From: Verrucomicrobiota bacterium
Lineage (GTDB): Bacteria; Verrucomicrobiota; Verrucomicrobiia; JABWAM01
Assembly: GCA_013288215.1 (NCBI GenBank)
Contig: JABDCI010000004.1
Coordinates: 298-64,297, forward strand
DNA: 64,000 bases
Reading direction: 5' to 3'
This document shows positions 1 through 10,300 of the stretch, piece by piece; the first letter of the stretch is position 1, and each line of letters opens with the position of its first letter. A program made the translations under genes and the position numbers. A model generated the notes under the pieces. That model saw only the letters and a list, made by a program, of their open reading frames with translations, ran no database searches and had not been told where the DNA came from.

Positions 1-1
1 G

Positions 2-3000
2 GTCATTTTACCAGAAGGCATCCAAAAGATCTTGAAGGAAGTTCCTTCCTATCGAATGGTCATCCATGATTTGCGCCATCTGGATGCTGCCGCACGGGAG
101 ACAGCTCTGCTCAAATTGCGCAATGAACTGTCGCACGAGGTTCTGCCCGCGGACCAATGGCCGCTTTTTCAGGTCCGTGCGTCGCGCCTCGATCATCACG
201 TGACGCGGCTTCACTTCAGCAATGACGCATTGATCACGGATGCATTGAGCATTCAAATTTTTGTCCGGGAACTGAAACAGCTTTACGACCATCCCGAGAC
301 TGAGTTTTCGCCTGTGGAGTTTTCTTTTCGGGATTATGTGCTCGCGGAAGTTTCAGTGAGAACTTCCGAAACGTATCGGAAATCGCTCGCGTTTTGGGAA
401 AAGCGGATAATCGATCTTCCTCCCGCCCCTGATTTGCCTCTCGCAAAAAATGTGGAATCAGTCAGGCACCCCAAATTTGTGCGGCGCCGGGTGACGCTCC
501 CTTGGAATGAGTGGAATCGGCTGAAGGCAGCCGCCAAGCGCGCGGGCGTGACAACTTCGATGGCGCTTTTCACGCTCTATGGCGAGGTGATCGCAGCATG
601 GAGCAAGTCTTCGCGTTTTACCATCAACGTGCCGCTTTTCAACCGAATGCCGATTCATCCTCAGGTAAGGGATGTGGTGGGCGATTTTACGACACTCACC
701 CTGCTTGAAGTGAATATGACAGGAGGAACGAGTTTTCTCGAGCGTGTTCGCCGCGTTCAAAAACAGATGGGTGAACACATGGACCACGGACAAGTGAGCG
801 GCGTGGAGGTGTTGCGCAGGCTTGCCGAAGTCCATGGAATGCGCGCGGCGGCTTTCCCTGTGGTTTTTACAAGCGTGCTTAACCTCGATGAGAAGGGTGA
901 AAAGCCTGAGTGGTTCGGCATCTTCGGCAAAGTGCCCTACAGCACGTTCCAGACGCCGCAGGTGTGGATGGACCAATGTGTCGTGGAAGATGAGGAGGGG
1001 TTGCTCGTGGATTGGGACACCGTGGATGAGCTCTTTCCTTCAGGAATGATCGACGACATGTTTCAAGCCTATGGCACGGCGTTGCGTCGTTTGGCCGATG
1101 ATCCCAAATGCTGGCAACAGTCCCATTTTCATCTTCAGCCGGAATTTCAGTCGGAACAGAGAAGGCAGATCAATGCGACGGAAAAGTCGGTTCCTGAAGG
1201 ATTGCTTCAGACGCGATTTTTGGAGCAATGCGTGGCATCTCCGGAAAGCGAGGCTGTGATTTCTTCAAAGAGGAGGCTGACCTACGATGAGCTCCATCGT
1301 CTTTCCAATCATTTGGGTCATCGGCTTCGAAAATTGGGCGCTGAGAAAAATGCGCTTGTCGGTGTGGTCATGGAAAAGGGATGGGAACAGATTCCGGCGG
1401 TCATGGGCATCTTGATGTCGGGCGCAGCCTATCTGCCGATCGATGCGCATCTGCCCAAGGAACGGCTGTGGCATCTGCTGAGCCATGGCGAAGTGAAGTT
1501 GGTGCTTACCCAGCCCTGGATTGAATCAAAGCTGGAGTGGCCCGAGGGCATTCAACGCATCGTGGTAGAAGACAGCCATTTGAATTCCATGAGGGAAGGG
1601 ATGTTGGCTCCCGTGCAATGTGCGGAAGATATTGCGTATGTGATCTACACTTCGGGATCCACGGGACTGCCCAAGGGGGTGGTGATCGATCACCGGGGCG
1701 CGCTGAATACCATTGTCGACGTGAACGAACGTTTTGGAGCCGGCCCTTGCGACCGCGTGCTCGCCCTCTCTGCCTTGAATTTCGATCTTTCCGTCTATGA
1801 CATTTTCGGCATGCTTTCCACGGGTGGTGCGATCGTGATGCCGGAAGCGGACTCGCTTCGCGAGCCGGAACGCTGGATCCAATGGGTGAAGGACGAAAAA
1901 ATCACGCTCTGGAATTCGGTTCCCGCGTTGATGGAGATGATGGTGAACTTCGCTGAAAGCCGTTCTGAAAAAATTCCCGATTGCTTGCGTGTGGTGATGA
2001 TGAGTGGTGATTGGATTCCCGTGGCGTTGCCGGATCGCATCAAGCAAATGGTGCCCAGGGTCAAAGTGGTGAGCATGGGAGGCGCGACGGAAGCGTCGAT
2101 CTGGTCGATCATCTACCCGATTGAACGGGTGGGATCGGATTGGAAGAGCATTCCATACGGAAAACCGATGGTGAATCAGCGTTTTTATGTGTTGAACGAG
2201 CAGATGCAGGACTCTCCCACGTGGGTGCCGGGGCAGCTTTATATCGGAGGAATCGGTGTCGCGATGGGTTACTGGCGCAACGAGGAGCGCACGTCGACCA
2301 GCTTCATTCATCATCCCGTTACGGGTGAACGCCTCTATCGCACAGGGGACCTGGGCCGTTATCTTCCCGACGGCAATATCGAATTTTTGGGTCGTGAGGA
2401 TTTTCAGGTCAAGATCTCAGGCTTTCGCATCGAACTCGGCGAAATCGAGATCACCCTCTTGAAACATCCAGGGGTCAAGGAGGGGGTGGTCATCGCACGC
2501 GACGATGGAGGATCCAAACGCCTTGTGGCGTATGTGGTTTCGCAAAACAACGAGCCTGTCTCGTCCGACGTCCTGCGAGAATTCCTTCGGCAGAAGCTGC
2601 CGGAATATATGATTCCCGCTGTTTTCATCCCGCTGCAGGCACTGCCCTTGAGCGCCAATGGAAAGGTGGATCGCAAAGCGTTGCCCGCCCCGGACAAGGC
2701 CGTTTCCTCGTCGAAACGGGAGAAGGTAGCTCCAAGGAATGCGACGGAAGAGGTTCTCGCAGCGATTTGGACGGAGGTGCTTGGCCAAAGCGGTTTTAGT
2801 GTTCACGACAATTTTCTTGAACTCGGGGGGGATTCCCTGCAGGCAATCCAGGTTCTCTCTCGCGTCTGTAAAACGTTTCAGATTGAAATGCTTCTGAGGC
2901 AGCTCTTTGAAGCTCCGACGATTGCCCAGCTGGCCGAACTGATCGAAGAAATTGTCATTCAGGAATTGGACAAGCTGAGCGAAGAAGAAGCGGAGCGTCT

Positions 3001-3040
3001 TAGCGGAGGGGGAGATTTCCGTCAGAAACAGGCAGGATAA
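2..3040 (+). CDS. NRPS module, 5'-partial: heterocyclisation (Cy)-type condensation domain, adenylation domain, PCP. The open frame runs off the 5' edge of the window.
   Basis: The DxxxxDxxS motif (NDALITDALS) replaces the HHxxxDG motif, which is the Cy-domain signature. The A-domain has motifs YTSGSTGLPKGV, FDLSVYD (D-L-Y at specificity positions 235/236/239) and GGATEASIWS, as seen in Cys-activating A domains. The PCP has LGGDSLQAIQV. There is no stop codon upstream of 32 in frame. Confidence 0.9.
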   Translation, partial: VILPEGIQKILKEVPSYRMVIHDLRHLDAAARETALLKLRNELSHEVLPADQWPLFQVRASRLDHHVTRLHFSNDALITDALSIQIFVRELKQLYDHPETEFSPVEFSFRDYVLAEVSVRTSETYRKSLAFWEKRIIDLPPAPDLPLAKNVESVRHPKFVRRRVTLPWNEWNRLKAAAKRAGVTTSMALFTLYGEVIAAWSKSSRFTINVPLFNRMPIHPQVRDVVGDFTTLTLLEVNMTGGTSFLERVRRVQKQMGEHMDHGQVSGVEVLRRLAEVHGMRAAAFPVVFTSVLNLDEKGEKPEWFGIFGKVPYSTFQTPQVWMDQCVVEDEEGLLVDWDTVDELFPSGMIDDMFQAYGTALRRLADDPKCWQQSHFHLQPEFQSEQRRQINATEKSVPEGLLQTRFLEQCVASPESEAVISSKRRLTYDELHRLSNHLGHRLRKLGAEKNALVGVVMEKGWEQIPAVMGILMSGAAYLPIDAHLPKERLWHLLSHGEVKLVLTQPWIESKLEWPEGIQRIVVEDSHLNSMREGMLAPVQCAEDIAYVIYTSGSTGLPKGVVIDHRGALNTIVDVNERFGAGPCDRVLALSALNFDLSVYDIFGMLSTGGAIVMPEADSLREPERWIQWVKDEKITLWNSVPALMEMMVNFAESRSEKIPDCLRVVMMSGDWIPVALPDRIKQMVPRVKVVSMGGATEASIWSIIYPIERVGSDWKSIPYGKPMVNQRFYVLNEQMQDSPTWVPGQLYIGGIGVAMGYWRNEERTSTSFIHHPVTGERLYRTGDLGRYLPDGNIEFLGREDFQVKISGFRIELGEIEITLLKHPGVKEGVVIARDDGGSKRLVAYVVSQNNEPVSSDVLREFLRQKLPEYMIPAVFIPLQALPLSANGKVDRKALPAPDKAVSSSKREKVAPRNATEEVLAAIWTEVLGQSGFSVHDNFLELGGDSLQAIQVLSRVCKTFQIEMLLRQLFEAPTIAQLAELIEEIVIQELDKLSEEEAERLSGGGDFRQKQAG

Positions 3041-3044
3041 CTTT

Positions 3045-6000
3045 ATGGCCGAACCCATGTCATCCATAGGATCGAAAAAATTGTCTGCGGCGAAACGCGC
3101 TCTTTTAGAAAAAAGATTGCAGGGAGGCGTGGACAAACAAATTGGGGGTGCGGCGATCACGCCGCGCTTGCAACGGGAAAGCGCGCCCATGTCCTTTGCG
3201 CAGCAACGCCTCTGGTTTTTTGACCAATTGAAATCAGGGGATCACGTTTACAACATCACCGAAACCCTGCGGCTGAAAGGGGCTCTTGACGTCGAGTCCC
3301 TTCGACGAAGTCTCGACGAAATTGTTCGCAGGCATGACATTTTAAGAACGACGTTTCCGGACATCGATGGCCAGCCGGTTCAATCGATCGATCCGAACCT
3401 CAAAATCACGATGCCGATCACCGATCTCCGCCAATTTCACACGGTTGAGAAGGAAATACAGGTGCAGCGCTTGATTTACGAGCAGATTCATTGGGCTTTT
3501 AATCTGAATCGCGGCCCTTTGCTTAAGATGAATCTCCTTTGTCTGGACAAGCAGGAGCATCTTTTGATCGTTAATATTCATCACATTATTTCCGATGCAT
3601 GGTCGTTGAGTGTCTTTTTCAATGAATTGGCGCAACTTTATGAAATGTTCAGCACGGGCAGGGGCACTGCCCTTGCAGAGCTCCCGATTCAGTACGGAGA
3701 TTACGCCTGCTGGCAGCGGCAGATTCTTCAGGGGGACGAACTGGAAAGGCACCTGACTTACTGGAAGACAAAACTCTCGGGACTCCCGACACTGCATGTG
3801 CCCTGTGATCGCCCGCGTCCGGCCGTGCAGCGCTTCCTAGGCGACCGTCACTCGATCCTGCTTCCAAAATCGGTCACTTCGGCGATGCGCGCCTTGAGCC
3901 AGACAGAGGGCGTGACCCCCTTCATGACATATCTGGCGGCCTTCAAAGCCTTGTTGCAACGCTACACTTCGCAGGATGATATCGCGGTCGGGTCGCCCAT
4001 TACCAATCGCAGCCGGTTGGAGACACAGGGATTGATTGGTTTTTTTGTTAATACGCTCGTGATGCGCACGGATTTTTCGGGTGAACCTACGTTTCGCGAT
4101 GCGCTCCAGCGCGTGAAAGAAGTGGCGCTTGGCGCTTACGCCCATCAGGAGCTTCCGTTCGAAAAATTAGTCGAATTCATAAACCCCGAGCGTGACGCGA
4201 GCCAGAATCCTTTATTTCAGGTGATGTTCCTCTACCAGAATGAGATTTTTAAGGATCATCAGCTTCCCGGACTCGTGCTGAGCCTTCATGACGTCAATGG
4301 ACGAACCGCCAAATTTGATCTGACGCTTTTCATGACGGAAACGGCGGAGGGACTCAAAGCCGTGTTCGAATATAGCACGGACTTGTTTGATGCAGCCACG
4401 ATTGTGAGGCTCGCGGGACATCTTCAAACGTTGCTCCAGAACGTGGCGGCCAATCCGGATCGGCGTCTCTCGGAAATAAACATTCTCACTCCCATCGAGC
4501 GCGAGCAGCTGCTTGTGACGTGGGCGAATACCGGCACGGATTATCCGAAGAACGCCTGCATTCACGAGCTTTTTCAGAAGCAGGTGGACGCTGCACCCGA
4601 GGCCATCGCTCTCGTTTCCGAGAATCAACAGCTTACCTATCGCGAATTGAACCGGCGTGCGAACAAGCTTGCGAACTATCTTCGCAGCCTGGGAGTGGGG
4701 CCGGATTGTCTTGTGGGGCTCTGCATGGAGCGTTCCATTGAAATGATGGTGGGGATCCTTGGTATTCTAAAAGCCGGAGGCGCCTATGTTCCTCTGGATC
4801 CGCGATATCCCAAGGATCGGCTGGCGTTCATGTTGAACGACGCCCGCGCCACTGTTTTACTTACACAGCAACGGCTTCTCTCGGCATTGCCTGAGAGTTA
4901 TGTGCGCATCGTTTGCCTCGATGTCGAGCCTCCCGAGCTGAAAAAAGCTAGTGAAGAAAACGTCATCAACATCATGACGCCCGACCATCTGGCTTATGTG
5001 ATGTACACTTCTGGTTCGACAGGGCTTCCTAAGGGGGTTTGTGTTCCGCATCGGGGAGTTGTTCGACTTGTTAAGAATACCAATTATCTTACATTCAGCC
5101 CATCGGATGTATTTTTGCAATTTGCGCCGGTCGCGTTCGACGCTTCCACGTTTGAAATTTGGGGGCCTCTTTTGAATGGCGCACGGCTGGTGGTTTTTTC
5201 GGATCAGCTCTCCTCGTTCGACGATTTGAAAAATGTTTTAGAGCACGAGGGTGTGACGACGCTCTGGCTGACGGCGGGATTGTTCCATCAAATCGTTGAA
5301 GACAATATCCATGCGCTCAAACCGCTTAAGCGACTCCTTGCGGGAGGAGATGTCTTGTCCCCGACTCATGTGCGCAAGACGATGGAGGCGCTCACGGATT
5401 GCCAGGTCATCAACGGGTATGGCCCCACGGAATCGACGACATTCAGTTCGTGTTATACCATTCCGCGTTCCAGGCAGATCAAAGATACGATCCCCATCGG
5501 CAAACCCATCTCGAACACGCAGATTTATATTCTCGATCGGCACATGAATCCCGTGCCTATTGGCATTCCCGGAGAATTGTATGTGGGCGGCGACGGTTTG
5601 GCGCGTGGATATCTGAACGCTCCGGATTTGACCGCCCAGAAATTCATTGTTCATTCCTTTGCGAAAGAAGCGGGCGGGCGTCTTTACAAAACAGGGGATC
5701 AGGGGCGTTGGTTGCAGGATGGAAATATTGAGTTTCTGGGACGCATTGATCATCAGGTGAAGATCCGAGGTTTTCGCGTCGAACCAGGTGAAATCGAGGC
5801 CGTTCTTGGGAAGCATCCTGGCATTCGCGAAAATCTGATCATTTCCAGGGAGGATTCTTTTGGCAACAAGCGATTGGTCGCCTATTTCGTTCCCCGCATG
5901 CAGCCTGGCCCGAGCACGGCCGATCTGCGCAATTTTTTGAGCGACCAGGTTCCTGAATACATGATGCCTTCGACGTTTGTTTCCATGGAATCTTTTCCCC

Positions 6001-7162
6001 TCACGCCAAACGGAAAAGTGGATCGCCGGGCTTTGCCATCTCCGGAACAGCGGGTGCCGGAACTTCAGGAGAGTTATGTCGCGCCCAGAAATGAAATGGA
6101 GACGCAATTGGCCCGCATGTGGTCGGAGATTCTTGGAATCCAGCGCATCGGAGTGCAGGACAACTTCTTCGAGCTAGGCGGCCACTCCCTGCTGGCAGTG
6201 CGGCTCATTACTCAGATCAAAAAACGGCTCAATCAATATCTGCCGCTAACGGCTCTTTTCAAGGCGCCCACCATCGAGCAGCTCGTGCGGCTTCTGGATC
6301 GCGACGAAGCCGCCAGTTCTTGGTCGTGCATTGTCAATATCCAGCCGGAAGGCAGCAAGCCGCCTATATTCTGGATTCATACCCTTGGAGGCGGAGGGGG
6401 TGGGGGGTTCTTCCGTTACAAGAAACTCGCGGAACTTCTGGGATCCGATCAGCCGTCCTATGGCATTCAAGCGCCCCCTGAACCGTTCACCACACTGGAA
6501 GCCATGGCGAGTCATTATGTCGAAGCGATCCAGAGCCTGCAGCCCAACGGACCATATTATCTAGGAGGCTATTGTTTTGGAGGCAATCTAGCCTTCGAGA
6601 TGGCGCAGCAACTTCATTCCAGAGGACACAAAGTCGCTTTTCTGGCGATGATGGAAAGCTCCATCCATCCCAATCGCATCGTAAAGTTAAAATGGAACAC
6701 CGAATACCTGTCTTGTTTCGCCTCCAATCTCTATTACTGGTTCGCCGAACTCCCAAAGCTCAGCAGGACCCAACTTCTGTTTCGATTACGGAAACTCATC
6801 GTACACTGGAGTCGAAAGATTCTGGGCGGGCAAACATCCGAAAAAAAGGAATGCCAAGAATCGATGAATTGATCAACTTTGCGGAATATCCGGAAGAATT
6901 TCGTAAACATGCGGAAACACATTGGCGCGCTTTCTTGAAATATAGTCCGCGTCCCTATGCGGGAACAGCATGTTTGTTCCGGGTGCGGAAGCAGCCTCTC
7001 GGCTATTTCAATATGCATTTGGAATGGAAAGAGTTCATCAAAGGCGGTTTGAATGTTTATACGGTTCCAGGTTCGCACGATGGCATTTTCGACGAACCGC
7101 ATGTTCACGCGCTAGCGTCCAAGATCAAGGACTGCTTGCAGCAGGTTTATTCTCCTTATTGA
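3045..7162 (+). CDS. NRPS C-A-PCP-TE. The TE domain is split between frame 0 (ending 6872) and the -1-shifted frame 2 (6572..7162) at an A7 run, 6841-6847.
   Basis: C domain has HHIISDAWS. A domain has YTSGSTGLPKGV, FDASTFE and YGPTE. PCP has GGHSLLAVRL. TE has IFWIHTLGGGGGGG and GYCFGGNLAFEMA, and the catalytic GSHDGIFDEP lies only in the shifted frame. The shifted frame aligns with the C-terminus of the next NRPS gene. Confidence 0.85.
6842..6848 (+). other. Slippery heptamer A-AAA-AAG (X-XXY-YYZ) in frame 0 of the NRPS gene, at the exact point where the TE reading frame shifts by -1.
   Basis: Frame-0 codons are gaa-aaa-aag. A -1 slip reads gga (Gly) next and continues as GMPRIDELINFAEYPEEF..., homologous to gene 3. 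Confidence 0.6.
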
Positions 7163-7318
7163 GGTCTTATTCTTAAAAATGTCGAAAAATAAGTTTCAAA
7201 CCAAATTAAGCCACAGCTAAGGTCCGTTGCCGGTTGCGTCGCCCTGTTTATTTTGGCAGAATCGCTTGTTTGAAAGAACTTCCATGAAATCCAAATTTGT
7301 GTGTGTTGAAAAAGTCTG

Positions 7319-10300
7319 ATGAGCAATGGGATTCAAACTCTTTCCAATTCCGAGAAATCGGAGTTTTCTTCCTCCGCATCCGCTGATGATGGATCTGCTT
7401 CCTCCACGAATCTTACGAGTGGTCAGTTGCAAGTTTGGATCGCCCAGATGCTTTTTCCCAACTCCCCTCTGTTTCATGTTGCGGGCATCTGGAAACTGCA
7501 TGGGAAGGTGGATGTGGAGCATTTTCAAAAGGCATTCCGAACATTGCTGCTTTCCAGCGATGCCTTGAGGACGGTGATTCGGGAGAAAGATGGAGTGCCC
7601 CGATGGATAGTTTTGGATGATATTCCGTTTCACCTCGAGATGCTGGATTTTTCGAGTAATAAAAATTCCAAAAATTTTCTCGATGAATGGTGTCGCAAGC
7701 GTGTGACGAAATCTTTCAACCTTGCGGAAAGACTCGTAGATGCCGCGTGGATCAAACTCTCCGAAGAGGAATTCAATTTTTATCTTAACATGCATCATCT
7801 GGTGAGCGACGGATGGACCATTGCTCTCATCAGCCGGTTACTTTCAGATTTTTACGGTCGTTCCTTACAGGGAGCCTTAAAGGAACGCGAGTCCTTGCCT
7901 CAATTTGAAGATTATGTTCGGTATGAGCGGGAGGTTCGAGCATCGTCCACCGGCAAAAAAAATGAGCAATATTGGAAGGGAAAATTATCCTGTGAGGTGG
8001 ACCCTCTTGTTTTTTACGGTCGTTCTTTGACAGAACGAACGACCCAAATTTTGCGTCTGTCCTGCGTCATGGGATCGGGTCGTTCCGAGCGGCTTCAGCA
8101 GGCCATCAAACAATTGGGGCTCGAAGGGGGATCGCATGAGAAAGCGGTGTTGGAAATCTTTTTTGCAATCATGGCGGCCTATATCTATCTCGTGACGGGT
8201 CGCGATCGATTCTCCATTGGCATTCCCATTCACAATCGTCGCAACAAGCGGTTTAAGGAGACGATCGGCTTTTTTTCGGAGGTGGTTCCCGTCAACGTTG
8301 AGATTCAGCCAGAGGAAACTTTCCAAATGCTGATTCAAAAAATTAAACATCAGATCTACGAAGCCCTCCGACACGGGCCGTTTTCTCCCGTGGCGCCGCA
8401 GCATCGGCAGAGTTCGGCTGTGATCCTCAATCTGCACGTTCCCTTTTTTGGTGATCTTTGTGGCATACCGGGGCAGGTGGAGTGGGTGAATACAGGACAC
8501 GCGCTCGAAACTCTTTCGATTCAGCTTCATGGTTTCAATCCATCCGAGGAGATGAAGTTGGAGTTTGATTTTAATCGCAATCTGTTCGCAGGTGATTTGC
8601 CAGATCGGGTGTTGACACATTTTCTTTCGGTGATGGATGCTTTTCTCGCCGATCCCACCACCCCTTTATCCAAGGTCTCCCTGCTTTCTGATGGGGAGCG
8701 CGACAAGCTGTTGATCGATTGGAATGCCACTGTTTCGGATTATCCGGAAATATGTGCTCATCAATGGTTTGAGGAACAGGCGGCCCGCACTCCTCATGAA
8801 GCGGCTGTGGTTTACGGAGGGCAGAAACTTACCTATCAGGATTTGAATCAGCGCGCCTCCCACTGCGCCCAGATTCTTCAGGGCTCGGGTGTCAAGCCGG
8901 GGGATTTTGTGGGAATCTGTATGGAGCGTTCGTTGGACACCATCGTGGGAGTGGTTGGGATTTTAAAATCGGGTGCTGCCTATGTGCCGCTCGATCCTGC
9001 CTACCCGAGTGATCGTCTTGCTTTCATGCTGGAGGACAGCGGAGCGCCGGTTCTTTTGACGCAACGACAGCTCGTTTCAAATCTGCCGCCTTATCGTGGG
9101 CGAATCATCTGTCTTGACGAATTTTCCGAATCCTCGCGACAGGAAGCTTCTCTTCCGCGAGTTACACCCGACGGTCCAGCTTACATGATTTACACATCCG
9201 GTTCCACTGGAAAGCCCAAGGGCGTTGTGATGTGCCACCGGCCGCTGGTAAACCTTCTAAAATGGCAGTTGAGGGATTCTGGTTTGCCGGCCAAAGCGTG
9301 CACATTGCAGTTCGCCTCATTGAGTTTTGATGTTTCTTTTCAGGAGATTTTTTCAACACTTTGTTCGGGCGCAACTCTCGTGTTGATCAAAGATGATTTG
9401 CGTTTGGATGCCCTGGCGCTCCTGGCTTATTTGCGGGAACAGAAGGTTGAACGTCTGTTTCTGCCCTTTGTCGCGCTTCAAAATCTTGCGGAAGCCGCGC
9501 GTGAATCGGCGGACCTTCCGGATACCTTGACGCAAATCATCACGGCGGGGGAACAACTCCAGATCACGCCGGGACTGGTCCATTTTATGAACCGGCTCAA
9601 AAAATGTGTGCTTCAAAATCAATATGGTCCGACTGAAAGCCATGTGGTGACGGCATACACCTTAGAAAGCCCTGCTGAAAAGTGGCCATCGCTGCCACCC
9701 ATTGGCCGTCCGATCAATAACACTCAAATCTATCTCCTAGACACCTTGTTGCGGCCTGTACCTGTCGGTATTCCGGGAGAACTTCATATTGGTGGGATCT
9801 GCCTTGCGCGGGACTATTATCACCGGCCCGACCTCACGACGGAAAAATTCATTTCCAATCCTTTTGATGTCAGCAGCGGCTCACGTCTATACAAAACGGG
9901 CGATCTGGCGAGCTATCTGCCGGACGGCAATATCGAATTTCTCGGCCGCATCGACCATCAGATAAAAATTCGCGGATTTCGAATCGAACTGGGTGAGATC
10001 GAAGCCTTGCTCAGTCAGCATCCTGATTTGAAGGATGTCGTGGTCACGGCTCGCGATCAAGGTGAGTTGAAACGACTAGTGGGATACGTCGTGCTCAAAC
10101 CAGGAAAGACGATTGAAGTGGCTGATTTGCGGAAGTTTCTCAAGGGGAGGCTTCCTGATTATATGGTTCCTGCCGCGTTTGTCATCATGAGCTCGTTTCC
10201 GATGACTCCGAGCGGCAAGGTTGATCGAAAATCTCTTCCTCCACCCGATCAGGCAGCTTACGAAACGGCCGAGGCGCATGTTCCTCCGCGAAATGAAACA

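Noticed and set aside
458-6107. Multiple long minus-strand ORFs inside the NRPS genes (458..976, 1526..2314, 2417..3190, 5238..6107 and others)
   Set aside because: They are antisense to strongly supported NRPS domains. They have no recognisable motifs. They are typical shadow ORFs.
6848-6900. Downstream stimulatory stem-loop for the putative -1 frameshift
   Set aside because: Only a weak 4-bp palindrome (cggaatatccg) is present. There is no convincing hairpin or pseudoknot, so programmed frameshifting stays unproven against a sequencing error.
6572-7162. 196-aa plus-strand ORF treated as an independent gene
   Set aside because: It is the -1-frame continuation of the NRPS gene 2 TE domain. 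It is homologous to the C-terminus of gene 3, not a separate gene.
7217-7798. 193-aa minus-strand ORF overlapping the start of NRPS gene 3
   Set aside because: Antisense to the well-supported starter C domain, with no motifs.
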